Below are positions 53,401 through 64,000 of a stretch of 64,000 bases of DNA, one piece after another. The stretch's first letter is position 1; each line of letters begins with the position of its first letter. The stretch is from Lytechinus pictus (taxonomy: Eukaryota). Under the pieces are notes generated by a model. The model did no database searches, was not told the DNA's origin, and saw only the letters and a program-made list of their open reading frames with translations. The position numbers and the translations under genes are program-made. The stretch lies in assembly GCF_037042905.1 (NCBI RefSeq), contig NC_087246.1, forward strand, positions 3,102,001 to 3,166,000, in the 5' to 3' direction.

Positions 53401-55046
53401 ACCTCATAGGCGACAATGCGTTAAAAACAGGTTAGAAGTCCTGCACCCAAGTATTTTTATGATATTAGTGATTATTACTTGAAAAATGCAAGCTTTGTCC
53501 TCATTTGTTTAGCATTTATTAAAAAATTACCCATTAACTATAATCCTACTCATACTTTAAATGTTATAAAATAAAGGGAAACTTACATTTGAGTCCTTTT
53601 TCGATCTTTTCTTGGCAGTCAGTCCGGTCCCGTCGAGTGCGATCAAAGCGGTACGAAGCTGATTTTCAGATCACGTGATACGAGTAGTCATCACCTGATC
53701 GATCGACTATCCTTTTTTAAAGACCGCAACAATTATAAATTTCATTATAAAATATATATAGAATAAATAATTGCATGATATTATATATATCTACAATTAA
53801 AAATATTTTGTGATATGAATTTAATATTTGACGTAAATATCGCTATTTAACAAAATATTTATTAAAAAATAAAAACGCCTTGGACACAGTGCAAAAAACC
53901 TAACAATTTGGCCGCGTTCTTAACAACTATCGTAAGGGGCGCTCTATTTATAAATAAAAAAGAATGTACAGCTGTCTACCGCGACGTGGTTTGTCGCAAG
54001 ATTTGGGACAAATCCGTGGAAATTCTTGAGAAAATACATCAAAAGAACTGGTGAGTACCGATTAAACATTATCAAAGTAGTAAATAGGTTATATGATGGG
54101 GGGACCTAAAGCTACGCACTTTGTTTTCAAACAATAAAAACTATCCCAATTTTAATATTTCAACAAATATCTTTCACTAATTTGTGGCAAACATTCTAAA
54201 GATCATTAACCAAGAAGAAAACTCACTTATACGAAAATCCTGCCGTGTTTTCCGAACACCTCTTGATTTCGCCACCCGATATAGAAGGGGTCCTAAAGCT
54301 ACGCACTCGATTTATCATGCAAAAAAATAGTATATCCTGTGCCTCAATTTCTAAAATATATTCATATTATTATAGCATAAAATGAAATTTAAGCGAATAT
54401 AACTCCAAAATTCCAAACAGTTGTTGGTTTTCTCTGCATTTAGAGATTTACTGCAGCCTCTTGAAAAAATTGAATAGGAATCGTTCGTCACTCTGCAGTC
54501 ACACAGTTCCACACACAGAGTGCGCATTTGCCATAAAAACTGCATGCACGATGAGTGGTGCGTAGCTTTAGGACCCGCGCAGCTTTAGTTTAGGACCCCC
54601 TACCATACATAACTTGTAGATATATATTTTAAATTGATATTGATGCTTAGCGGCTTAGTTCCAAGCTAGGGCGGCCCAAATGTGCGTGAGTGGAGTCCCA
54701 GTTTATTAACACGGGTAAGTATTGGGGTGTCGCCTAGAGTGGCGCTGACCTCGATCAAAGCACTGCAGGTACGGTGCAGCAGTGACTGCAGGTGCAGCTA
54801 TTGAAATTGCGACGCCCCCGGGCCGGCCTAGCGTAGTACCGGAGCTCGGTACCGACTTTCAGACTCTCTGCTCACACTCACCAGTCACACAGATCAGACT
54901 CAGACTGTCAGAGTCAGATAGAAAAAAACAATAAATTTGATTACTCACCTGCTCAGCACTCCAATGTTAGGCCTCAAAGACGCTTTCGTGGCAATGCGAG
55001 ATGCTTGTGACAGGATTGAAAAGCTTGATTTCAGTTTTGAAGCCAT
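32486..55046 (-). CDS. NIPSNAP: Protein NipSnap homolog (NIPSNAP1/2-like, mitochondrial), complete, 10 exons, about 282 aa
   Basis: Exons 55046-54949, 41240-41116, 40592-40547, 39756-39662, 38874-38807, 37998-37858, 37375-37344, 36509-36415, 35357-35274 and 32550-32486 total 849 nt, all GT-AG and in frame. Motifs: [103 protein letters not shown]. Exon 1 [33 protein letters not shown] is basic, Ser-rich and acid-free (presequence-like). Exon 1 is the least certain assignment. Confidence 0.93.
33000..34550 (+). mobile_element. 5'-truncated, frameshifted L1/Tx1-clade LINE (ORF2 C-terminal part) in NipSnap intron 9
   Basis: Successive ORF pieces 33007-34424: [30 protein letters not shown]...[18 protein letters not shown], and zf-[30 protein letters not shown] at about 34525. 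Confidence 0.88.
34843..35079. mobile_element. Harbinger-type MITE
   Basis: GGGCCGTATTCTCAAAAGAGGTTTCAAATGTACCATGGTAC inverted against GTACCATGGTACGATTGAAACCTCCTTTGTGAATACAGGCC. Confidence 0.7.
35958..36254. repeat. MITE containing a 61-bp tandem repeat x4
   Basis: Unit TTGCATTGACTACAATGTAAAATTAATCATTGAAGTATTTTGCTAACCTTTGTGTGCTTGA starts at 36007, 36068, 36129 and 36190. Termini GGTCCCATAACACAAAGCTTAG / CTAACCTTTGTGTAACAGGACC. Confidence 0.85.
36590..37117. mobile_element. Foldback (palindromic) element with 9-bp TSD, Mutator/MULE-like
   Basis: Two arms of about 260 bp are reverse complements (about 3 mismatches and 1 indel by eye) around a 7-nt spacer at 36851-36857. TSD GTCTACAGG at 36581-36589 and 37118-37126. 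Confidence 0.93.
41764..44038. mobile_element. hAT-like non-autonomous DNA transposon (2275 bp)
   Basis: Termini CAGGGCTC...GAGCCCTG. Clustered subterminal GGTTGCC/GGCAACC motifs at both ends. CTGTT on both flanks (41759-41763 and 44039-44043). Confidence 0.7.
46036..50271 (-). pseudogene. pol: Gypsy pol (protease, RT, RNase H, integrase) with one internal nonsense codon
   Basis: Protease [10 protein letters not shown] just upstream of ORF 50064. [30 protein letters not shown]. RNase H TDAS, YDREL, TDH, NADAMSR. Integrase H...GHFG, then AEAMC*WPFMHKD (TAG at 47523-47521 where YWP is expected), [22 protein letters not shown] and the GPF motif. ORFs 47521-50064 and 46036-47511 share one frame. 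Confidence 0.93.
50257..51307 (-). pseudogene. gag: Gypsy gag, disrupted (nonsense at codon 3 and a frameshift near 50440)
   Basis: ATG 51307 TTT TGA, then [25 protein letters not shown]... continuous with ORF 51091. RS/SP-rich C-terminus with no CCHC. Ends ...NQGNYS* over the slippery site GGGAAAC. Confidence 0.8.
50265..50271 (-). promoter_or_regulatory. -1 ribosomal frameshift slippery heptamer GGGAAAC at the gag/pol junction
   Basis: Minus strand reads CA GGGAAAC TAC TCA TAG. The -1 frame is open into the protease ([12 protein letters not shown]...FIDSG). Confidence 0.8.
52479..53249. mobile_element. TA-flanked MITE with TIR CTAACCTCGCA, the host of the Gypsy insertion
   Basis: CTAACCTCGCAATACGTGTGAGT...GGTGCGAGGTTAG-TA. 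A sister right end lies at about 45836-45952 and a sister left end starts at 53273. Confidence 0.7.
54094..54605. mobile_element. Tc1/mariner-pogo-type MITE
   Basis: TA-TGATGGGGGGACCTAAAGCTACGCAC ... GTGCGTAGCTTTAGGACCC...CCCCCTACCA-TA. An internal repeat GGGTCCTAAAGCTACGCAC lies at about 54288. Confidence 0.7.
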
Positions 55047-55837
55047 GTTTTCCGCACTTTTTTGGAAAAAATGGCAACACTAGTAACTTTAGAAAAAGAA
55101 TTTCGCTTCGGGCCAAAATCTATGGTAGTTCTCATTAAAAAAAAATTGCAAAATTTGGCGCTGGATTGATGCGCGGCGTCACGATATTTTGATGGGAGGA
55201 AAGACGCCACAACTATTATTAGTTTCATATTTTATTTCGAAATATAGGGCTATTTTATTCTTATGCAAGATAACTGCATTCACTTTTCTATTATCTTGCA
55301 TGCCCCCTTCCCACTTTACTTGAATTTTCTTCATTTTTTTCAGTGCCATTTTGCTAGGTAGCAAAATTACCTAAAGATTAAACACTGAAAAGTTGCATGA
55401 GTTTGATGTACTTTCACTTAAAATCAAGTGTATCATGTTTTGTTGTAGGACCTTAGGTTCGTAGTCCATGGTTTTTTAATACAGTATCACGTTTCTTTTT
55501 ATTAGTTTCCCCTCTTTTCTTTTTTCTTTATCACTTTTGCGTTTTATGATCAGTTATATTATTATATCAAAGATTTCAATGTATAACACTGTCCCCTTGA
55601 CCATGCATCATGTTTTAGTGGATTATTTGACTTTTGTTTCATCATCAAACTAAACATGTTGATATGCATGGGAAAGCAAAATATGATCTAACGTGCACAT
55701 CACTAATCATTATAGGCAGGGATTTCAGGAGATTTTGGGGTCCTTCAAACCCGTCATCAAAGAGGGGCAAGTTAACCCTCTCCCTCAGGCTACTGTACAA
55801 AATTTGAAAATCAAGAGATGTGACTGCTGCCAAAACT

Positions 55838-56050
55838 TATCATCATCATGATCCATCATTGTCACTAACCCCACGTACACCATCATCATAATCACCATCA
55901 TCATCACCATCATCGCATTCATCTGTCATCATCATCATTTATCAATATTATCACTATCATCTTTATCATGCATCAGTATAATCATCATTCGTCATTGATT
56001 TTGTTGTCAAATCTATCAGTAAATCACTCTCATCACCATCATTACCATCA
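55838..56050. repeat. Degenerate (CAT)n microsatellite
   Basis: Runs of CATCAT/CACCAT. Confidence 0.8.
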
Positions 56051-59050
56051 TACAAGTTTGCCTTTATACAATGCCCCCTTCCACATGATTTCTCAAGTTG
56101 TGAAAAAAAAGGAAGAAGGGAGAAGAGTATAAAAAAGGATCTCTATATTACTCCTGGAAGTTAAAAAAGGGGATGAAATCATGATATGCACACCTTGTAA
56201 ACATTCCTCTACAATTCAAAAATGGGCAACAGTTGAAAACACATAACAAAACATACAGACAGAAATCATGTGTGAATATCTATTTGGCAAATTGTGATAT
56301 ACTGTTATCCGGAGTACAAACAAAAGAGATCTTTTTAGTAATGAATGGTTGCATAAAAGAATTGGACTAAAATTCAGTTTTGGGACCAGATGCTAGTATC
56401 CATATTGTTGGAAGCTGCCACCAATATATCAAGAAACTATAAAAAAATATTAATTATGTAATATTTTCTTTTATGATGATATCACAGCACGTACACCGGC
56501 CTGTTAAAATTATGAAACTTGCAACATGAAATTCAAGGAATTATTTATTTTTCATCTAAAACATGAGTGTAGGAATACATTTGATAACATTGACAGCACA
56601 TCTTTTAAAATCAACTTGAAACATGCCATTCAAGCTTTCATAGTGTATGGAACTTTCTGTTGCAGATAGTACAGATTACCAGTTTATAGGTTTTGCTGAT
56701 TTAGACAAGCAAAATATAAACACTTGCTGGTGAAGAAAACAGGACATACTATGAATACTGAATCAATCAGTAAGTGGTAACGGATGTGATTTCAAGTTCT
56801 GTGATGGCCTTTTGGTGATGGCATTGGATCAATTTTCTTATGAACTGAAAAGGAGGTGGTCTCTGGATGCCTTTCACTAGAAGTTAAGATATCAACGATG
56901 GGATTAGGATCACTTTTTATTAAAAGCACAAATTAAGTGTCTTTTCTTGGGAAAATAAATAAGAATTATACTTCCAGCCTTGACATCAATAATACCAAGA
57001 CTGAGCTAGAACTCATACTGTATACATTCACATCACCTAGGAAGTGAAATATGTATAACCTAAAAACAAACAGATACTATCACACTCACATTCCACATCA
57101 CATTCATTTCAGCTACAGAAATAAAAGAACTTTTAATTTGTTGACTTTTAAAAGTTGACAAGGCACATTTACAAGAGAAAGACCTATCTTATTCCTTTCT
57201 GTTTACATCTATACCTTAGAATGGAGTTTTCATTTTAACAGTTTACATGTAATGTAGGACTCTGAAAAAACCATTTAGATGTAAGCAGGCTTTATACCAT
57301 TTACAAGTGCTGACAAAAATACATTGAACCTATTAATAATTTGCAAGACATCACTTCAATAAAACTAATATCTGATAACAAAAAAAACTTGAAAATACCT
57401 GTATAAACAATGAATAAAGCTATAGTTCTATCAAAGTCAAGGTGAATGGTGTCTCTCTTTTTTACATTGATTTGTACAATTTACATTTATTTGAAATTAT
57501 ATACATTGCATAACAAACTCTCTACCAATAAATAAGCAAATAATACCAAGATGTACATTTCAAGACCAATTATTCTAAACACACAACTATTCACATCTAT
57601 ATTGTATATACTGTCAGAATTCAATAAACTAGGAAGTTGATGTTACAACTATAGGCCCCAATTTTTAACCTTGGAATGTGTTGTACATTATAAATGTAAA
57701 TATGCACAAATTTCAATTGAACAAAACTGGAAAGCTTACAATTATTCATAGTTAACTTCCATTTCATGTGACTTAAGCTACAGACAGTGTTTATTTAAGA
57801 GATAAATCCAATAGCACAGTGAAGTACACAGAACAAATCATTAGAAATTAGCTGCAGCATATATACACCAAGACAACCAAATCAATATGGATTTACATAG
57901 AAATGGTATGCTCTGAAGAAATTTAATGAGCAAAAGTAAATCATGTAGATGCCAATTCAAACTTGGAATAATGCAAGGCTTTTATTAACTTCACACCATG
58001 AAAGATCAGGTCTTGTAATATAAACAATATGATTGATATTTACAACTGATAATATATTTATTTTTTAGCATTGCCTTGCCATAGATTTACAGGGATCCAC
58101 CCATGAAGACCACCATGCATTTATTCTAAGGTCACATTATTCACAAAAATCTCTCAAGTCTAATTGATGCATTAATCAAGTATGCAAAGTACACTCTAAA
58201 ATAACCAAACTTACAAAAATAAGTTTACTTTGGAACGTAATCTAAGATCAGTTTAAACCTTAGCATAGATCTAATATGCAGCCTATTTATAGTACTGTAT
58301 TTCTCACTGTGATAATTCTCATTTGTACAATTTCTACATCAGCTTCAATTAAAATATTAAAATTACATGTACACATAGGCAGGCACACATATATGCACAC
58401 AAACATTAAATCAAATCAGATCATTTCCTTATTCCAACCAATGTCACCAAAAATATATCCAAATTCAAAATCCACGCTGCTATTTTAACGCTTTAATCTG
58501 TGATGGTCATCCTTTACACTTGATCGGATCTTCAGCATCAGCTTTAAATGATTCATGACCCTTGTTTCAAATACTTTGTTTTCAATGGTAAGTCACAAGC
58601 TTCTGTTATAAGCTACCGAAATGCTGCAGTTTAATTTGCCAGGAGCAAATGTTGTTAGTGTAAAGCTTCTAGTGTTTGCTAATCATGAAAAGTTTAGAGA
58701 TAGTCACAGATCGCCATACAGTATTGCCTTCAAGAATTAGTAAGTCCAGTCACATGGTTCCTTGTTGACCACTTGGTGATCCATGACTTTTAGCAGATCT
58801 ATCTGAACCTAGTAACACACTTCATTCTGTTTGAGGAAGCTACAGGGTCTAGTGAAATAGCACAACATGTCTACAGAATGTTCATCCCTCACATCAACTT
58901 GGTAAGCCTGTCCACCATCTACAACACAACACGAAACTGACAAATTGGTATTCCTACAAAGTTGGCATAAGACAGTGGAGCAGTATATCATATGACACTG
59001 TTGCTTCTAAATAACACCATCATTGATTCAGAAGTGGCCTTTGACCAATA

Positions 59051-62000
59051 TCACCTGGCACTACCCCCTCTCTTAAGCAGGCTGAGGAGTTTAGAAGAAT
59101 GATGAGAAACAGCGCCAGCACTGTTGCGTTCACTCCTAGCAGACGACGGCATGCTTCCGGGTGTTGTGATCCCAGAAGAGCGGATACTGTCAACAAGGGT
59201 AAGAAGCTTCTCTGAAGCCTTGGCCTTGAGAAGAGCCTGGTAACAAAGAGGAAAAAAGTATTTTTTTTAAGTGGAATGCCTCTGGCAGTCTCGCCTGCAT
59301 AATGCAATTCAATAAAGCAGCAGAGCTAACTTTGAAGGAAAAAAAAGATGATAAAAAAATACACCATTCATTTTATAAAAAATACGAAGATTGCTAACCT
59401 AAATAACCTTTGACCTTGATCATGTCATCTGAAACTCATGCAAGATGATCAGTGATACTTGATTACCCTTGTGCCATAGTTTCATGCAATAGATCTTTAT
59501 ACCTTAAGTTATGATGACATTTCAAAAACTTTAATTTATATTCTTTGTTTAGATTTCAATGTCAACAAGAGCAAGGGAAGAAAAAGATCTTCATGGCTTT
59601 GTCAAATACTATTTTCATCATCTTGAACATCTAATTTTCTCAAGTTTCCCCTCCCTTCCATCAACATGTCTCACAGAGAGCTACTTCAAGATGACTTACC
59701 TGTCTTAGTGGGGCATGTCTGGCTAGTGTCCTGAGAGCCACTAGGGCTACTTCCTGCACACTCAGCTGATTGTCATGGTGAGCCGACTCTAGAAGACTCT
59801 CAGCAACCTTAGACTTGAGGAGCTGGGAACAGAGTTTGGCAGAATGTCTTGCAAGATTTCCAAGAGCACCTTTTCAAAAACAAAAACACCAAAAAGAAAA
59901 TAGATTTATACAAGGGTCATTACATAAATTAAGAAAAAACTTTGAGTGCATCCCACCATACTTTTCTCAATTTTTACCACACCTTATGACTTGCTCAATC
60001 AATGATAATTTGAGGACAATACATATTATTTCAGGAAGGGATCAATGACAGACCACACTAAGGTATCATTTACAGATCAGACATGAATATTTTTTATGTT
60101 TCATTTATGTATCAGACAATAATTTTTTTGTGAAAATACCATCACTTATACTATCTACAACTTCGGAGTCCAGTTACTGAGCGCTTACTTACAATATCAG
60201 GCAAAATTGACAAGAAATAAAAATTGAAACAAATGGAAATTACTAAATTCATAGTTCTTGAATGCCAAGATCATTTGAATTTGTGTCAGGGTTCAGAGAT
60301 CACCAACAGCTGGGAGCAGATGAATACCTGATGGTAGAGTTCATCTTGTACAAATAGACACATAAAATGTACACTGGATAAAAAGCCCTTCTGAGAACAT
60401 ACACGTTTCAATTTAGTGTAATTCTAATTACTAGCATCATTTGTCATGTCTACAATATATTTCACTCAGTAGACCCATCACTCAGTTAAACCTGTCTTTA
60501 ACTTCCACTTAAAGGTCAAGTCCACCCCAGAAAAATGTTTATTTTAATCAATAGAGAAAAATCAAACAAGTGTAATGCTGAAAATTTCATCAAGATCAGA
60601 TGTAAAATAAAAAAAGTTATGACAATTTAAAGTTTTGCTTATTTTTAATAAAAAACAGTTATACGCACAAATCAGTGATATGCAAAAGTCAATGATGTCC
60701 TTCACTCACTATTTCTTTTGTTTTTCCATGTTTGAATTAAACAATATTTCATATTCTACAGATTTGACAATAATGACCAACTTGACTGAACCACAAAATG
60801 TTGATACAAAGGTAATACATGTTCAGTGAGGAATAAATCTTTGTTTCATATGAAAATGAGGAGAAAATTAAAACATTTCATATTTCATATAATGAAGTAC
60901 ATAAGAAATAGTGAGTGGATTATGTCATCAGTCCCCTCATTTGCATACCGACCAGGATGTGCATATAACTGTTTTGTGAAAGTAAGCAAAGATTTAAAAT
61001 GTCATCACTTTCTTATTTTATATCTGATTTTGATGAAATTTTCAGTATTATGCTTGTTTGATTTTTCTCTTTTTATTCGAATCAACTTTTTCTTGGGGTG
61101 GACTTATCCTTTAAAAAGAAAGGCAAAACATTTATCTTTTTATGAATGCTTTATCAAAAGTCAAGTCTATCCCAACAACAAATCAATTTGAATGAAAAGA
61201 GAAAAATCAAGCAAACGTAAAAATGAAAGTTTTGTCCAATTCAATTGTAAAAATAGGAAGATATGACACTTCAACAAACCTGCAGCATTGGTCCTAATCC
61301 TAGTAACAGGATCTGAGAGGAGTTGGACCAGGACTGGGATGACTGGGCCAAGTTTGTCATAGAGATCTCCACTGTGATAGGCAGCATTTCCAATAGCATA
61401 CGATGATGACTGAATAGACACAAACAAGCAAGTAGGATTATCAAAACCTATCCTGGTTGTTAATATTTTAGTACGAGGAAACTGTCTCAAAGTGATTAAG
61501 ATAAGTTCTTCATAATGCACTTGAGAACTAGTATTTCCTGTAAAAGCATGGATATCATCAAATTTATTATTAAACTGACTCCTTCTACTGATAGTCACAT
61601 GCATTGTAGTGTTTTCAACTTACGAAATTTTCAGCAAGTCATGAAGTAAATTAAGAATTTTCAAAGAATGGTGGGAGGGGTTGGGTATATTGCAGAATTA
61701 TCTCTCTATGGAATCGCCCTATGCTTGATATCAATGCGATACCAAATTTTCATTCAATTTAAAGTATTTTCTTTTTCTGCGATCAAATCAATGTATTTAA
61801 AGAAACATTCATGCATTGCCATACATAACAAATATATTAATATTGTGATCTTGATAAGTAAAAGCACCCATCTGCCAGGCCACATGCAAAGCATCTTACC
61901 CGTCTGATATCAGCATCATCACTAGAGAGTTGAGCGATGAGAGATGAGAGGAGGTCATCATTGTTTCTAAGGACTGAGTAGAATGATGGTGAATGCCTCA

Positions 62001-63575
62001 TCATATTTCCCATTAGACCACATGCTCTGGATTTAACTGTCTGATTCTTACTGCTCAGTAATGCATTCAATGCTTGGTATGACCCAGCTAAAGTAAGGTA
62101 AGATAGAAGAAATTAAATAACTACTGGAAATGAAACCTCGACTTTCACCCACGAGTGACAATGTCGAACTTAAAGTGACCTGCCATTATCTTCAGTAAAT
62201 TATTCCAGACTTTATTTCTCTGAAGATAAGGTCTCTGTGACACAGAGTTGTGAAAGATTAATAGTAATAATAACCAGCAGTTAGTACTCTCTCCACTGTT
62301 AACTACATCACAGCGTTTACAAAAGATAAGCATAAAAAGCATCATAATTACGATACAAATACATACAGCTGTATACAAAAGAGACAGAAAGATAATGACT
62401 ATCTAAAAAGAGGTATGATTTTAGAAGTTTCTTACATTGATGTGTAGAGTTATATGATCAATACCTAATATTAATCATCAATGATGATTAAAAGATTTAA
62501 ATCAAACCTAATTTCCAATATATCTTGAGTCCTTCTCTTAAGTACAAGACAAATTTAGATCAATTGCTATGAGAGACCAATTTGAGTCTATCACAATAAT
62601 GTAAGACGTATCCCAGGGGCAGCAATACAGGGTCAGGCATGTGCCACCATGGATGTGTAATGTAATATAATTAAGGAAAAGTCAGAGGAACATGGAATAT
62701 CTGCATTTTTTTAAATGAGAATCAGAAACTCCTACCCTTTTCTCCTGAAAGTATAGCTTTGAGCAACATAAGATGATGAGCTCCACTCCTGGCAAGATGG
62801 CTACAGATAGACAGCATATCACAACGGACTTCTGTTGGAGCATCACTAGACATTAGACTGCTCATGTAACTCTCGGCCTATGGGTGAAGTTAAAGGCAAT
62901 TATCAACTTTGTGACATATTTTTTTTATTGCACTTGAAAAAGGTTTTATTTAGTTGATATGAAGCTTTCCAAATAAATTTGTCATCCTGAATTCGATTCA
63001 CTCACGAAGTTCCTCCAGAATTGTACAAATACAAAAATATTAATTGTTTTACCTTCTTCCATAGGAGATTACAGAATTTAGATATGAACCACCTTTGGCT
63101 CAATTTCACCCACCTTATTATCAATGGCAAGTTTCAAGGTAGTGATATAAGCTACTAGAATGATGCAATTTGGAAGGGAGCAAATGAAGTGCATTATCTT
63201 AAATAAGATAATGTGATTTCTACAAACAATATCAAGTACAAAAAGTAAAAAAGAAAGCTATAATTTGTCATCAAGAATGTATGATCATTCTGAAAGTATT
63301 TTTCCCCATTTTTTAAACACATCATCATTCTCTGATTTGCTATTGGCATATTATGGTTCATGGGCATCAGGGAGTTCCCTGATGTGAATTCTGACTAGCT
63401 CTTTTTATATTTTCCATATGCATTACTTGTCAATAACATGCCATTTATATGGTCAAACAAATGATCATCAAAATTATTGGATGCAGAACGTTAATGATTA
63501 CCTTATACTTGGTGACAGACTCACAGAATTGTGTCAGAAATGCCTCTTCGCTTAGTACAAGCCTTGAAAGGACAC
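59051..63575 (-). CDS. STK36: Serine/threonine-protein kinase 36 (fused), last six exons encoding ARM/HEAT repeats; the kinase domain lies beyond the window
   Basis: Exons 63575-63502, 62877-62736, 62087-61900, 61409-61280, 59869-59700 and 59236-59051 are GT-AG and in frame. Peptides: VLSRLVLS, DMLSICSHLARS, VKSRACGLMGNMMRHSPSFY, SSYAIGNAAYHSGDLY, RIRTNAAGALGNLARHS, VQEVALVALRTL, stop TGA at 59053-59051. These match the STK36/Fused C-terminus. Confidence 0.9.
59269..59565 (-). mobile_element. Truncated HINE-like element, copy 3
   Basis: AAGTGGAATGCCTCTGGCAGTCTCGCCTGCAT matches the terminus at 20221-20253 and is followed by one core unit. Confidence 0.7.
60509..61114. mobile_element. Kolobok-type MITE, copy 2, in an STK36 intron
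   Basis: TTAA-AGGTCAAGTCCACCCC...GGGGTGGACTTATCCT-TTAA. Homologous to 5389-5999 in opposite orientation. Confidence 0.85.
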
Positions 63576-64000
63576 CTGGAATTAATTAAAAAAGCAATAT
63601 TTAGTGTTTATAAGTATGAACCATTGATAACTGAACTGAAATATCTCTAATTAAAAAAATAACATTTGAATTGGTGGGTAATGTCACCTTCACATCCCTC
63701 GAGCACTAAGTAGTTTCCCTAGGACATAAGAATAATCCCATGATGGGAGAGAATGTCTGTCAAGTGATAGATGTAGTAGCTTCGAAGAAAAACAACTTTA
63801 TCACATTACTTGTCTGCTACGATGTCAGGTTTCTTATCTATACAACAAAAAGTGGTATATTTTTAGAATTTGCAATTCCATAAAATTATCAGCCATTTTG
63901 TACGTCCAATTCCCATTTTTCTCTATTCTTACTTCACGTGACAAACTATGCAAGCAATGATATTACAGCCTTCATAGCAGGAGGTAAAACAAACACATTA

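Noticed and set aside
59020..59307. 95-aa minus-strand ORF as the STK36 last exon
   Set aside because: Splice phase requires another frame (59236-59051, ALLKAKASEKLL...). The ORF start lies in a repeat.
60635..61191. ORFs of 64 and 121 aa on +
   Set aside because: They lie within the non-coding Kolobok-type MITE and show no transposase motifs.

Overview
AT-rich, intron-rich animal genomic DNA. The repeat content suggests an echinoderm such as a sea urchin, which is inference only. Four spliced genes were reconstructed by hand from GT-AG boundaries, frame continuity and family motifs. (1) Four 3' coding exons of an SLC13 Na+/dicarboxylate-sulfate cotransporter (+, 546-6513). (2) A complete 10-exon RNF215-like PA-TM-RING E3 ligase (-, 26173-17122, about 383 aa). 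(3) A complete 10-exon NipSnap gene with a mitochondrial-type presequence (-, 55046-32486, about 282 aa). (4) Six 3' exons of STK36/fused (-, 63575-59051). Mobile DNA is dense. It includes a young 1.87-kb LTR element encoding only an uninterrupted Gag (13245-15117) and a 6.5-kb Ty3/Gypsy provirus with an internally deleted 3' LTR, inserted in the TIR of a MITE within NipSnap intron 1 (45965-52478). There is also a 528-bp near-perfect foldback element with a 9-bp TSD, a hAT-like element with an apparent 5-bp TSD, Helentron-like repeats, Kolobok-, piggyBac- and Harbinger-type MITEs, LINE fragments and a SINE. Most short ORFs in the track are noise. No RNA genes or CRISPR arrays were seen, and I cannot claim a wholly new biological system. 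The best leads are the gag-only LTR element, a decayed unidentified coding island in an SLC13 intron, the nested TE cluster and the RNF215-NipSnap adjacency.
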